Of a stretch of DNA of 64,000 bases, positions 1 to 10,450 are shown piece after piece (positions within the stretch are counted from its first letter, which is position 1; every line of letters starts with the position of its first letter). Location: assembly GCA_963796965.1 (NCBI GenBank), contig CAWCNS010000009.1:32001-96000 (forward strand), read 5' to 3'. The DNA is from Calditrichia bacterium. GTDB taxonomy: Bacteria; Calditrichota; Calditrichia; JAJRVZ01. The notes beneath the pieces were generated by a model, which ran no database searches, was not told the origin of the DNA, and worked only from the letters and a program-made list of their open reading frames with translations. The translations under genes were made by a program, and so were the position numbers.

Positions 1-757
1 TTGGCGTGGGGACATTTACAGAAGAGCCTAAAGCTGCCTCCCAAGGTGCAATCGGTAAATTGAGATAAATATCAGCGCCCTCAAAATTAAAAATTCGGTG
101 CTTTTCAATCTCAATTTTAATATACATATCACCTGCATCCCCACCATTATAGCCAGGAGCGCCCTGACCAGCCAGCCTGATTTTCTGTCCGTTTTTTATC
201 CCTTTAGGGATTTTTACATTCAGGCTAACTTTTTTATTCACTATTTGCCCGTCAGATAAGATTGAGGGAATTTCAAATGAGATTAATCTTGTGGCTCCAT
301 GGTATGTAACTTCCAGAGGAATTGTGATAGAAGCATTCACATCACCTCCTTTTTGCCGGAATACCTGCCTGGTTGACCTTCTTCTACGTTGATCTCCTCC
401 AAATAAAGATTCAAAAAAGTCACTGTATTGGCCGGCATCACCATAACCTCCACCAAAATCAAATCCAGCATCTGATCCATACTCAGTTCCTCGCGTTTGC
501 TGATATTGAGACTGGTTCTGTTGTTGCTGTTGTCCGGCCTTCCAATTTGACCCGAACTGGTCATACGCCTTTCGTTTTTCCGGGTCTTTTAATACTTCAT
601 AAGCTTCAGCAATATCTTTGAACTTTTGTTCGGCATCATCGTCTTTACTCACATCCGGATGATACTTACGAGCCAACTTTCGGTACTCCTTTTTAATTTG
701 ATCCGCAGTGGCATTTTTTTTTACACCCAAAATCTTATAATAATCTTTAAAATCCAT
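1..757 (-). CDS. cbpA: DnaJ-class co-chaperone, CbpA-like (runs off the left edge of the window)
   Basis: Not in the ORF track. Manual translation from ATG 757: [38 protein letters not shown] (J domain, HPD), G/F-rich linker, then [20 protein letters not shown]-domain; no Zn-finger repeats. Confidence 0.88.
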   Translation of the reverse strand, partial: MDFKDYYKILGVKKNATADQIKKEYRKLARKYHPDVSKDDDAEQKFKDIAEAYEVLKDPEKRKAYDQFGSNWKAGQQQQQNQSQYQQTRGTEYGSDAGFDFGGGYGDAGQYSDFFESLFGGDQRRRRSTRQVFRQKGGDVNASITIPLEVTYHGATRLISFEIPSILSDGQIVNKKVSLNVKIPKGIKNGQKIRLAGQGAPGYNGGDAGDMYIKIEIEKHRIFNFEGADIYLNLPIAPWEAALGSSVNVPTP

Positions 758-798
758 CAATGATAACCTTTATTTTTTAAAAATTAATTAATCCTTAA

Positions 799-1359
799 TC
801 ATTCAACGGAAACTTCAACCCTCGCTGGTCGTATCAATCGACCGTTCAGCAAATAGCCTTTTTGAAATACACTTGTAACAATATTTGAAATTTCATTTTC
901 CACTTTTTTAATGGTCATCGCTTCATGAAACTCCGGATTAAAAACTTCTCCCTTTGGATTTAGTTCTTCTACGCCCGCAGCCAGAAAGGCCTCATTACAA
1001 ATTTTAAGTGTGGAGGTCATCCCCTCCAAAAGAGATTCTGTATCGATTTCGTCATCCATATAAGAAATATCTAGTCCTTTTTCTATGCTATCTTTTGCAG
1101 GTAATAGTTTTGATATAAAGTCCTGAATGGCAAACTTCCGTGTATTTTCAATTTCTCGCTCCATTCGTTTTCGCTGATTTTCAATTTCAGCTCTGGCAAG
1201 AAGTAATTGTTCCTGACAATCAATCGATGCAATACGCAGTTCCTCTAATTCTTCCGAAAGTATTTGTGCATCCCATGCTTCATGATTAGACAATTCTTCC
1301 TGATTATGTTCAAGATTATTATCTTCATTTTCTTTCATGTTGTCGTGCCTCTCTATCAA
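799..1359 (-). CDS. grpE: Nucleotide exchange factor GrpE
   Basis: AEIENQRKR, FNPEFHEAM and KGYLLNGRLIRPARVEV motifs. Confidence 0.96.
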   Translation of the reverse strand: MIERHDNMKENEDNNLEHNQEELSNHEAWDAQILSEELEELRIASIDCQEQLLLARAEIENQRKRMEREIENTRKFAIQDFISKLLPAKDSIEKGLDISYMDDEIDTESLLEGMTSTLKICNEAFLAAGVEELNPKGEVFNPEFHEAMTIKKVENEISNIVTSVFQKGYLLNGRLIRPARVEVSVE

Positions 1360-2155
1360 AACTAATTGAAATTATACAACTTAGAACCATGAACAACAAC
1401 TGCTCTTTTTGGGGTTTCTTATAAGATTTATCATTTTGTAAATTTTATCCCCAGGAGGAATTTTTGTTTATCAATTTGAGAAAATAGCAGACCTATATAA
1501 GCCAATCTAATATCAGCCGTATACTTTTTAAAGATCGTGTAAAGTGTTGTATTTAATTAATGTGTCTATTAATATTTAATAAAAAATTCCGAAAGGTTTT
1601 GACGACCTATATCCATTTGAGGATTTAGTTTTTATGAGACTGAAAGTATTATCATAGATTGTAATGCAATATAAGCACATGCCCTACATAATATAAATAA
1701 AATATTGGTTAAACGACCAACTGAATTTTGCACCACCCATTCAGCTAATAGTAAACCCAGACAGATAAATGGGTAGTAGCATACTTCTCCACCAGAGGTC
1801 GGTTACATCTGGAATTTACAAATTAGTTGGATTGATTCAAGGAATATCGGAGAAATGGTGAAAATGAAAAATAGATGGATATCTATCGTATGAGCGTAAA
1901 AGATTGTGCCATTTACCTCGAAGAATGGCCGGTGAGCAGGAAAAACCAAATCCTGAGGGTAGACAAGGGACAACTATCTGCTTGAGGATTATCAGTATCA
2001 GGACAGGGACAATGGGCGATGTCTTTGTCTGGACCGGTCTTGAATCAATACGGATGAATGCTGAGCCTCATAAATATCAAGCAGTTAAGTGCTATAAGAT
2101 CCATAAGCTATGTTGCGAAATCCACATTGCTGTCATATCCCGATCTTACAGTTTC

Positions 2156-2394
2156 TTATGTTGTTTCATCCGTACCGTCTGCATCGGAAGGGTCTTTTTT
2201 TACATTATTCGGAATAGAAAGGCGCACACGGGTTGCACGATTCCCCATTACTTCAACTACTTCCGCTTTAATTCCGCCAGTCGGCTGGCGCGTACCTTAA
2301 CAATAGCGAATTCTGCTGCAACGAAAAAACCATTTAACAGGACAAAGATTCCCGCTAAGAGTATATTAATACTATCCAATATATAAATTGACAT
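2156..2394 (-). pseudogene. Internally deleted hemolysin-family (HlyC/CorC, CNNM) transporter remnant
   Basis: N-terminus MSIYILDSINILLAGIFVLLNGFFVAAEFAIVKVRASRLAEL joined out of frame to a C-terminal-like segment AEVVEVMGNRATRVRLSIP...TT*; the middle of the gene is missing. Confidence 0.75.
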
Positions 2395-2639
2395 TTTAAG
2401 GACACTCGTATTGTTTTATTATAAATTTATTTAGCGCCTAAGTTTAAAGATTATTAAGCCTGTTACCAATTTATAAATAACTGAATACGCATCTATATAC
2501 AAAGAATGGCCACATATTAATTCACAGAGAATCGTACTGCTTCGTTGCACGTGAAAAAATAAATCGGGGGAAAAATAAGGAATTGAAAGAGTTGGGTAAC
2601 ATTAAATAAATGTAGATCCAAAAAGAAGATGCGATCTGG

Positions 2640-3788
2640 TTATTTCAATATAGCGCGAAGAAGTATTAGAAACTCCTTTCCATCATTTTCTACGAGGACC
2701 TTATTCTTTTGTGCTTTCTCAAAATCTGGATTAATCTCCAGCGCTTTTCTGAATTCACCCAGGGCCTGCAAAAATAGGTTGCGACATTGGATGAGGTGAA
2801 TAACACCCAAATTATTCCAGATATCCGCATAGTCAGCATTATCCTTTAATGATGATTTCAGACGCTGTTCATAACGGGTTATCGTATCATTATCAAGTCC
2901 CTTACCGCCATACATAAACTTTAAGTAGAAATTTGTAGAGATAAGACTGGATATATCTCTGGGGAACAATTTCTTACGATATTCATCTAAAATTTTTACA
3001 GCCGGTTCAATTTCGCCATTATCTATATAACGCAATAGTTTTTCATAAATATTATCAAATACCTTAATTTTACTTTCATGAATTTTACCTAGATGTTCGA
3101 TCGCACGTTGGATTCTGATTGAAGGTGGGGGAAGGATTTCACCGGTTTTATCTGAGATAATACTTTTCAGGTAAAGCAAAGCCAAATTATAATGTGCTTC
3201 GGTAAATTTTTTGTTGAGTTTAAGGGCTTTTTGGATAGCTGCGATGGCCGCTTTATATTTTTCTTCTAAGATAAGGGCCTGGCCATAGTTATTTAAAAGA
3301 TCTGTAAAATTGGTACCACGTTGAACAGCTGAGGCATAAATCTGACAGGCCTTTTTATTATCACCAATTTGAATATAAGTAAGCCCCAGATTGTTGTAGG
3401 CTTCCATAAAGTTTGGATCATTTTGAATTGCTATTTTAAAATGGTTAATGGCATCTTCGATGAGATTGTTTTGTAAAAAGATTAAGCCAATTTTTGTATT
3501 AGATGGGGCATGACCAAGCTTTTTTAATTTTTCACCGATCGTAAAGAGAAGTTCAACCTCTGACATCATTTCCTGATGCAACGTTTCGACGACGTTTTTC
3601 AAACGGGTGTCCACAGAATGTTTTTGCGATCTATTCCTTCTTTCGAATTCCATTTCCGTCGAAGATAAGACTTGTCCGTTCTCAAACACTTCACAGCGAA
3701 TATTTCCTATTCCGGTACTGCTGGCAGTTTGGATATGAAACGTTCTTCCTGCGATTTCTACGTTATCGTTAAAACCTATATCGGCCAT
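2640..3788 (-). CDS. Tetratricopeptide repeat protein with an extra N-terminal domain
   Basis: Several TPR units (EAYNNLG, EAHYNLA, ADIWNNLG, ALEINPDFEKA); N-terminus GFNDNVEIAGRTFHIQT. Confidence 0.85.
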   Translation of the reverse strand: MADIGFNDNVEIAGRTFHIQTASSTGIGNIRCEVFENGQVLSSTEMEFERRNRSQKHSVDTRLKNVVETLHQEMMSEVELLFTIGEKLKKLGHAPSNTKIGLIFLQNNLIEDAINHFKIAIQNDPNFMEAYNNLGLTYIQIGDNKKACQIYASAVQRGTNFTDLLNNYGQALILEEKYKAAIAAIQKALKLNKKFTEAHYNLALLYLKSIISDKTGEILPPPSIRIQRAIEHLGKIHESKIKVFDNIYEKLLRYIDNGEIEPAVKILDEYRKKLFPRDISSLISTNFYLKFMYGGKGLDNDTITRYEQRLKSSLKDNADYADIWNNLGVIHLIQCRNLFLQALGEFRKALEINPDFEKAQKNKVLVENDGKEFLILLRAILK

Positions 3789-3907
3789 AATTATATCCTT
3801 TAAAATCCTGCTAAATTCTCAGATTGCTGCACTTTTAAACCACGAAGGAAGTGGTATCGTACTTCAGGTCTGGTGGTCTCTGACCGTTCATATTACAAAA
3901 AAAATCT

Positions 3908-4052
3908 AACCACGGAATTTCACCGAAAAACACACAGATTTATATACTTATATAATCAAATTGGAAAAACCCAAAATATTGATATTAAGTATCCTAATTT
4001 TAATCGTCTGTGTTCTCCTGGCCTGCCCCGTCTCACAGGGGTAATGCCGCGG
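3908..4052. repeat. Intergenic inverted-repeat element (accacgga/cacaga class) with a nested mini-hairpin
   Basis: Left arm aaccacggaatttcaccgaaaaacacacagat; right arm ctgtgttctcctg[gcctgccccgtctcacagggg]taatgccgcgg; AT-rich spacer. Confidence 0.6.
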
Positions 4053-4233
4053 ATATATATTTTCATAAGAACGGCTTAATAGTTGTCGATCTCCTGAAGG
4101 GTGAGTTCATGGTTCTAAATGCAAATTAAAATATCCACAAAGAAAATATATTGATGCTAATCACTAAATCACTGTCAGATTTTCTATGACTCTATAGTAA
4201 TTATCGGCAATGCATCGTGAAAGGTTTAGCTTT

Positions 4234-5836
4234 TTACTTCTGTTTGTTATAAATTTGAATCTGATTTCTTCCTAAATGTTTTGCCTGGTATAAAGTCTTC
4301 ATCTGCCTTTTGAATAAGTCCATGAATTTCACTGGCATCATCAGGATAAGTTGCCCCCCCTAAACTGATTGTAAGATTTCCAATGGGCTGAACTTTTTCC
4401 TTATAAAATTTATGTGCTTCAATTTTCAAACGAATTCGTTCACCTAAATTCATATTCTCTTCTTTGCCAATTCCCGGAAAAATAACACAAAACTCTTCCC
4501 CACCATACCGCGAGACTATATCTTCATCACGTACAGTTTTTCTTAATACCTTTCCAACTTCACGTAAAGCCTCATCTCCTGCCTGGTGCCCCAGCGTATC
4601 ATTATAATTTTTAAAATGATCAATATCCAGAATTACCAAAGATATTTTAGATTGATTTCTTTTGGCCCGGTTTACTTCTTCTTTTAAGCGAGATATAAAA
4701 GAACGATAATTATGAAGTTTTGTCATCTCATCAGTTAAGGATAAATTTTTTATCTCCTCATAATGCTGGGCATTCTCAATTGAGATTGAAATAATGTTAA
4801 CCAGAACATGAAACAATTCGAAATCAGTACGGCTAAAATCACTTGAATAATGCTTTTCCCTTGTTGCAATAATTCCTTGTACTCTCTCAGAAAAAATAAT
4901 CGGAGCAATAATAAATATATCTAATTCTTCTAATTTCTGGACATAGGATTCAAAATCGGGCCTTTTTGCCAATTCCTTTACATAAACAGGTGTATTTTGT
5001 TTGGTAAAGTATTTGACCAGCGGTGAGTCAACTTTAAATTTTAGTTTTTGTACTTCCTTGGGTTTAAAACCCTTCTGAAAGCTTAGTGAATAGGATCTTT
5101 TTGACTGGTCGTACATCAAAACCAGAGCACTCTGAACGCCAACCTGGCCAATCACTGTTAAAAGAGCAGAATTAATAAGTTGCCGGAAATTGAGTATTGA
5201 ATATATATCGTTACTTGCTTCAACCAGATTATGTAAATCATACACCTTTCTTTTTACAGCCTTCTCAGCAATTTGCAAGGCATTTTCTTTTTCAATCAGG
5301 GTTCGTTTTACCCTGTCAACTTCCTGCTTCATCTCATTTTTTTCACCCCATGTATTATAGGAAGTTATTAAATGAGAGAGTAACGAGCAGAATAACTGAC
5401 CGTAGGCATCAGCCCATTTAGACCCGGAAATCTCAAGAAGACAATGAATCTTCTGATCTAATGTAAAGGTAATAAAAGCTGCCTTATCCTCGATGATAGT
5501 GGGGGAAAGTGAAGCAAGAGTCCTCAGATTTATACCCTCTTTAAAGAGCATATCCATATGTTGCATTAAAGTTGAAGCATACGTCGAGTTTAAAAAATCA
5601 ACATCCCAGTTTTTAAGATCATTGGTAAGATTAAATTGAAGATCCGGATCAATTTGGTTCTCCAGTTTTGAACAAATACTTTTAATTTGATCAGGAAGGT
5701 AAAATTCATCCTTGATCTGATCAGGATCAAGCTGAAAGGCCTTATTGATTAACTCAAAATCCCGTGCAAGATGTTTACCATTTGCAAACAGATTCTTTAA
5801 ATTAAATCCTATTAACCTTGAGAATGATTTCATCAT
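4234..5836 (-). CDS. GAF-domain diguanylate cyclase (+1 frameshift near the C-terminus)
   Basis: DIDHFKNYNDTLGHQAGD and RYGGEEF with RxxD I-site (RDED). Removing one base near 4297 restores ADEALYQAKHLGRNQI and a stop at 4234. Confidence 0.92.
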
Positions 5837-6419
5837 TAAGATGTATTGTCCCTGTTGTAATTGAACAAACCTGGCTCACTGTTAAAGTCAATAAATATGA
5901 GGTTCCCTGGACCGGACAATTTTTTATTGTTCTTTTAGAGGTGTTCAATAATCATCAATCATGAAGTAATACATAAATCCTTCATGAGGACAAGTATAAA
6001 ACCTGAGATATTCCGGGAATGTGATGGCAACCACTTAGAATGTAAAAAATTAAGGAACTATATGAAAATCTAATTGCTTTTCGGGGAAATATCCAATTTG
6101 TCTCCCATTTAGACAAATTTTAATTTAGCACCCTCCCAAAAATCATAATTGTAATTTATGAATTGTCTATGACTATAGCCAATGGAAAAAGATGAAATAA
6201 CTAAAATAATTATGAAAGATAATTGTAAAATATATATTAATTCTTTTCTTTTATTCAGTAAATGTCCATGGTAAAAATGTGTTTTCACACAGCCTCTTAA
6301 TCAAAAGGCTAGTACTGCACGAGGGTCATAGCACTTAAATTTATATATTGAAATTTTTGCTCCTGGTCAGTAGGATTGACTTATAATATTTAAACCTAAT
6401 GGGTATTAAAGATTCGGGA

Positions 6420-7718
6420 TTACCTACTACTCAAATGAAATTCTATATTCGATTGGAATATCTTCTTTAACTGCGCAATCCATTTTTTGTATTCAGTTTC
6501 CATCTTATAATTCATCGTCATATTTTTTATTTCCTCCCAGTCTTTATCTAAAGAGGCGGCACGTGGCATGTTATGCATATTAAGTCTTACAATATGATAC
6601 CCATAAGAAGTTTTGAAAGGATGGCTTATTTCACCAATTTCCATATCACTTACTACACCCTTAATTTCAGGAATGGCTAACTTATCTACTTCCCATGTAC
6701 CTAAATGGCCTTTATCATTTACAACATTTTCATCCTCAGAAAATTCTGCAGCCATTTCTTCAAAACCTTCGCCATCAAGAATTCTTTGTCTTATTTCTTC
6801 CAACTCATTAGCAACACGTTTCTCATCCTCTTCGGTGGGTTTCAGTTGAATCAAAATATGTGCGCTGTGAACCTTCTCACCTCTCTTTTCAATCAACTTT
6901 ATAATATGGTAACCAAACTGTGTCTGGACGATATCAGAGACCTGACCTGGCTCGAGATTAAAGGCAACTTCTTCAAATTCTTTAACCAGATCTCCACGAT
7001 TGATAAAACCAAGATCTCCTCCACGGGGAGCTGTAGCAGGATCCTGTGAATATTCTTTGGCTAACTCACCAAAGTCGGCACCATTTTCTATTTTTAGTTT
7101 TATCTCAACTATTTTCTCCTGGGCTGCTTCTGCACTTGATCCACCAGGTTTAATTGGTTTTAATATATGGCTTATATCAACTGTTTCTGTTATACCAGGC
7201 AGACTGTCTTTATATGTATTATAAAAAAGTTCCACCTCCCGACGGGAGACTTTAATATCCTGAAACTTTTTTCTACGGAGCTGCTCAATCTTTAACCGAT
7301 TCTCGGTTTCAGATCTCAAATCTCGACGGATTTTTTTTATGGGTGCAGCAAAAGCCGCTTCAAGCTGAGCCTCTGAGCCAACACGATCTATCATATTACG
7401 CAACTGTTCTTCAAGATATCGATCAACCTCCCGCTCTGCGGCCACTATCGTATCTTCATCTGCTTTTGTTAGTAATATCTTTTGTTCGATAAGCTTGTCG
7501 AGTACATCACGTTTCAGTTTATTAAACAACTCTGGATTAGAAGCAATGTTTATTTTATTCTGAATAACATAACTCTGCACATATTGTTCAACTTCAGATT
7601 TCAATATTATTTCTTGTCCGACTATTGCAGCAACACCATCAACCATTTGTTGTGCCTGGGCCAGCCCAAGAAAAAAACTTAGAGCAAGTAATATTTTTAT
7701 CTTCATGTTTTCTCTCAA
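6420..7718 (-). CDS. surA: SurA-type chaperone / peptidyl-prolyl isomerase
   Basis: Signal peptide, SurA N-domain (VDGVAAIVGQEIILKSEV), two parvulin domains (GGDLGF, QFGYHII, YGYHIV); last residues probably frameshifted. Confidence 0.85.
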   Translation of the reverse strand: MRENMKIKILLALSFFLGLAQAQQMVDGVAAIVGQEIILKSEVEQYVQSYVIQNKINIASNPELFNKLKRDVLDKLIEQKILLTKADEDTIVAAEREVDRYLEEQLRNMIDRVGSEAQLEAAFAAPIKKIRRDLRSETENRLKIEQLRRKKFQDIKVSRREVELFYNTYKDSLPGITETVDISHILKPIKPGGSSAEAAQEKIVEIKLKIENGADFGELAKEYSQDPATAPRGGDLGFINRGDLVKEFEEVAFNLEPGQVSDIVQTQFGYHIIKLIEKRGEKVHSAHILIQLKPTEEDEKRVANELEEIRQRILDGEGFEEMAAEFSEDENVVNDKGHLGTWEVDKLAIPEIKGVVSDMEIGEISHPFKTSYGYHIVRLNMHNMPRAASLDKDWEEIKNMTMNYKMETEYKKWIAQLKKIFQSNIEFHLSSR

Positions 7719-7820
7719 TTTTTCTTAAATATATTTTTACATATAATCTTGGCGGAACGCATGGCATGAAATACTGTATCGCTATGCTCTACCGAAAAGC
7801 GCTATGTAGTTAATTGATCA

Positions 7821-8609
7821 TTACTCCGCTACTTTTGATAAATCAGTTTGTATGGTAAAACGCGATCGTAATGTGTGTTTAAGTTTCTCAATTTCTTCGT
7901 TTCGTTTTGTTAGTTGTAATCTTGCAACTATCTCATTTCGAACAACATCTAATTCTTTGATCCTTCCCTTTTTTTGATTATCAAGTAATTGAACATAATG
8001 ATAGCCATATTTTGTTTTAACCGACCCGGAAATATTTCCGGTTTTCATGTTCTTTAACCTTCTAACGATCTCCGCCGGAAATTCGTTCAATTTTTGATAT
8101 CTCAAATCACCAATTGGTCTTTCAGGTGTTGATTGTTGATCAAGAAAATTCTTTTTAATAACATCCATCAGGTTTTTACTATTTCTCACTTCTGATTTTA
8201 TCGCTGCATCATCATTTTCCATCACCAGATGTATGATATGAACGTAGTCATCATCCCAAATAAATTCGTTTTTGTGTTTGTCATAATAATCTTCAATCTC
8301 CTGATCGAGGATTCGATATTGATCTTTTAGACGACTTTCAAGAAACTTTTGAATGAGAAGGCTTCGTTCATAGCTTTTAATCATAAACTTTTCTCTTTCA
8401 TTCAGAGAAAGTCCTTCTTCTAAAGCAACCTGACTAAAGATTTCATTTTCAATCCACTTGTCGATCAAATTACGTTTAAGAGCCGATTTTACCTCATCAG
8501 ATGTTCCATCCGGAATTGAGGCTTCCAGTTCAGAATTACTTAATGTAGCCTTATTGACCTGGGCCACAATATTTCCTTTTTCATCAGTCGTTTTGGAACA
8601 ACTCATCAT
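7821..8609 (-). CDS. Lipoprotein PpiC/parvulin-type foldase
   Basis: GDLRY...VKTKYGYH rotamase-like motif; the frame stays open upstream as VFIILLAISLAGLMMSC (lipoprotein signal), so the true start is probably near 8700. Confidence 0.75.
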   Translation of the reverse strand: MMSCSKTTDEKGNIVAQVNKATLSNSELEASIPDGTSDEVKSALKRNLIDKWIENEIFSQVALEEGLSLNEREKFMIKSYERSLLIQKFLESRLKDQYRILDQEIEDYYDKHKNEFIWDDDYVHIIHLVMENDDAAIKSEVRNSKNLMDVIKKNFLDQQSTPERPIGDLRYQKLNEFPAEIVRRLKNMKTGNISGSVKTKYGYHYVQLLDNQKKGRIKELDVVRNEIVARLQLTKRNEEIEKLKHTLRSRFTIQTDLSKVAE

Positions 8610-8689
8610 TAAACCCGCAAGCGATATGGCCAGGAGAATAATAAAAACAGTCGAAACGCCTACTTTAGGATTGTGGTTATTTTTCTTTT

Positions 8690-10401
8690 TTAAATGCTTT
8701 CAAGTTTCTTTTCATTGATTATTACTTCATATTTTTCTTTAAGTTCATTTTCCCAGGCAATATTTGCTTCCTTAATCTTTTCACTCTTTGCCATGCTCTG
8801 GACTCGTTTTTTAATTTGATCAAAGGGCTGTATTGATCTTTCGTGCTTACCACCCGTCTTAAGTACCGACCAAAATCGACCATATTTAACAGGACCGCCT
8901 ATTTTTCCACCCGCTCCAAGATTGAATGCTTCCATTGATATCGAGCCACGTGCCGATTTGCCCTTATACCCCAAATAGCCACCTTTAGATTTTAAACGCT
9001 TGTCCTCTGAATACTTCTTAGCGAGATTCTCAAAATTCTGTCCTTGTTTTGCTTTGTTTAAAACTTGATTCGCCGTTTTTTCATCTTTCAGATCTATAAC
9101 CCAGATTTCAATTTCTTCCGGTTTTTCGAATTTTGACTTATTTGATTCATAGTATGCTGCAACTTCTTTCTCACTTGCTACAACATTGGCTTGTACAGAC
9201 TTTTTTTGCACTTCTTTTTCGATATAACTTTCAGTGAAATTGGTTAATGATTTAACAATTTTAGGATCGTCAAGAATACCCAAATTATCTGCAGCCTCCC
9301 GAACCTGACCATCCATGGACATTCGTTTAATTTCCTTTTTCAGAACTGCTGCATCACGAAAACTTCCTAACATTTGCGGAAGCTCGTTTATCATACTTGT
9401 CGATAAAAGTTTGTAAAGAAATACTTTCATCATCCCATTCAGCGAATGTTATCTTTCGCAGTTCAGGTGTATACACATCATCAGTAAGAGGTCTGTCTTT
9501 AATTATAGCCTTTAAAGTATCTGCAAACAAATTAATCTGATCTTCATAAATCTGATAATTATTGTCTGCGCATAATTGTTTATAATGTTCATCCCAAAGA
9601 ACTCTGACAGAATCCCCAAATGATCGTATAATTGTTTGTTTGGCCCGACCCAGAGCTTGTTCACTTCTATCTTCCACGTAATTTGCTACAGGTCTGCGAT
9701 CTTCTAAAAGAATAATATGATAACCAAATCGTGTTTTTACAGGTTCAGAAATTTCTCCAATTTGCATATCCCAGGCCGCCTCCTGAAACGGACCAACCAT
9801 TCTCCCCCATGAGAAGTATCCTAACCCGCCTTTATTCTTTTTTACACTGGGATCATCACTGTATTTTTCAGCAAGATTAATAAAATCTTTTCCTTCGTTT
9901 AATTGCTTTTTTACATCAATTGCTATTTTTTCAGCTTCTTCCAGAGTACGGTCAATAACCCGCGGTGACTTTTCATAGCCAATCAAGATATGGCTGGCTT
10001 TAATTTCCGTAGACATTCGGGAGATATAATCTTCAACCATTTCATTGCTAACAAGTTTATCAACGACTACCTTCTCAAAATACATATTGCCAACAAGCCG
10101 CATTTGGTATTGCTCATATTTTGATTTAAAAAGCTTTTTCTTTATCCAGTTCCAGATCATAGGCAGCATTAATTCGAAGCTTTTTTGCAATCAGGGGTTC
10201 GATAAGATCTTTTTTTATAGATAAATCCACATCCGAAAAATCTGTTTGCTTGGGATATTTCTTTTTTAAGATTGATAATATTTCAGATTTTTTTATCGAA
10301 AGCGAACCAACATCAACTATGGTTTCATCTTCTGTACCACATTGCCAGGCAAATATAAGAACTGTTATCATTACAAGCATGATACGTAAGTGTTTCAGCA
10401 T
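8690..10401 (-). CDS. Two-parvulin-domain peptidyl-prolyl isomerase, split into three ORFs by two frameshifts
   Basis: ORFs 10126-10401, 9354-10190 and 8690-9433 overlap in order: signal peptide, KASHILI...GGLGYF...RFGYHII, second domain GGYLGY. Confidence 0.8.
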
Positions 10402-10450
10402 TTTTTCTAACCTCCGGATTATTTTGGAAATAACCTATAAATATAAATTT

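Noticed and set aside
1904..2386. 160-aa + strand ORF
   Set aside because: No recognisable motif; overlaps the antisense hemolysin remnant, which explains the sequence better
6125..6131. CIRCE-like half site TTAGCAC
   Set aside because: No second half and not upstream of grpE or cbpA
5840..6410. c-di-GMP riboswitch or hidden ORF upstream of the GGDEF gene
   Set aside because: No GEMM-like motif and no convincing reading frame seen
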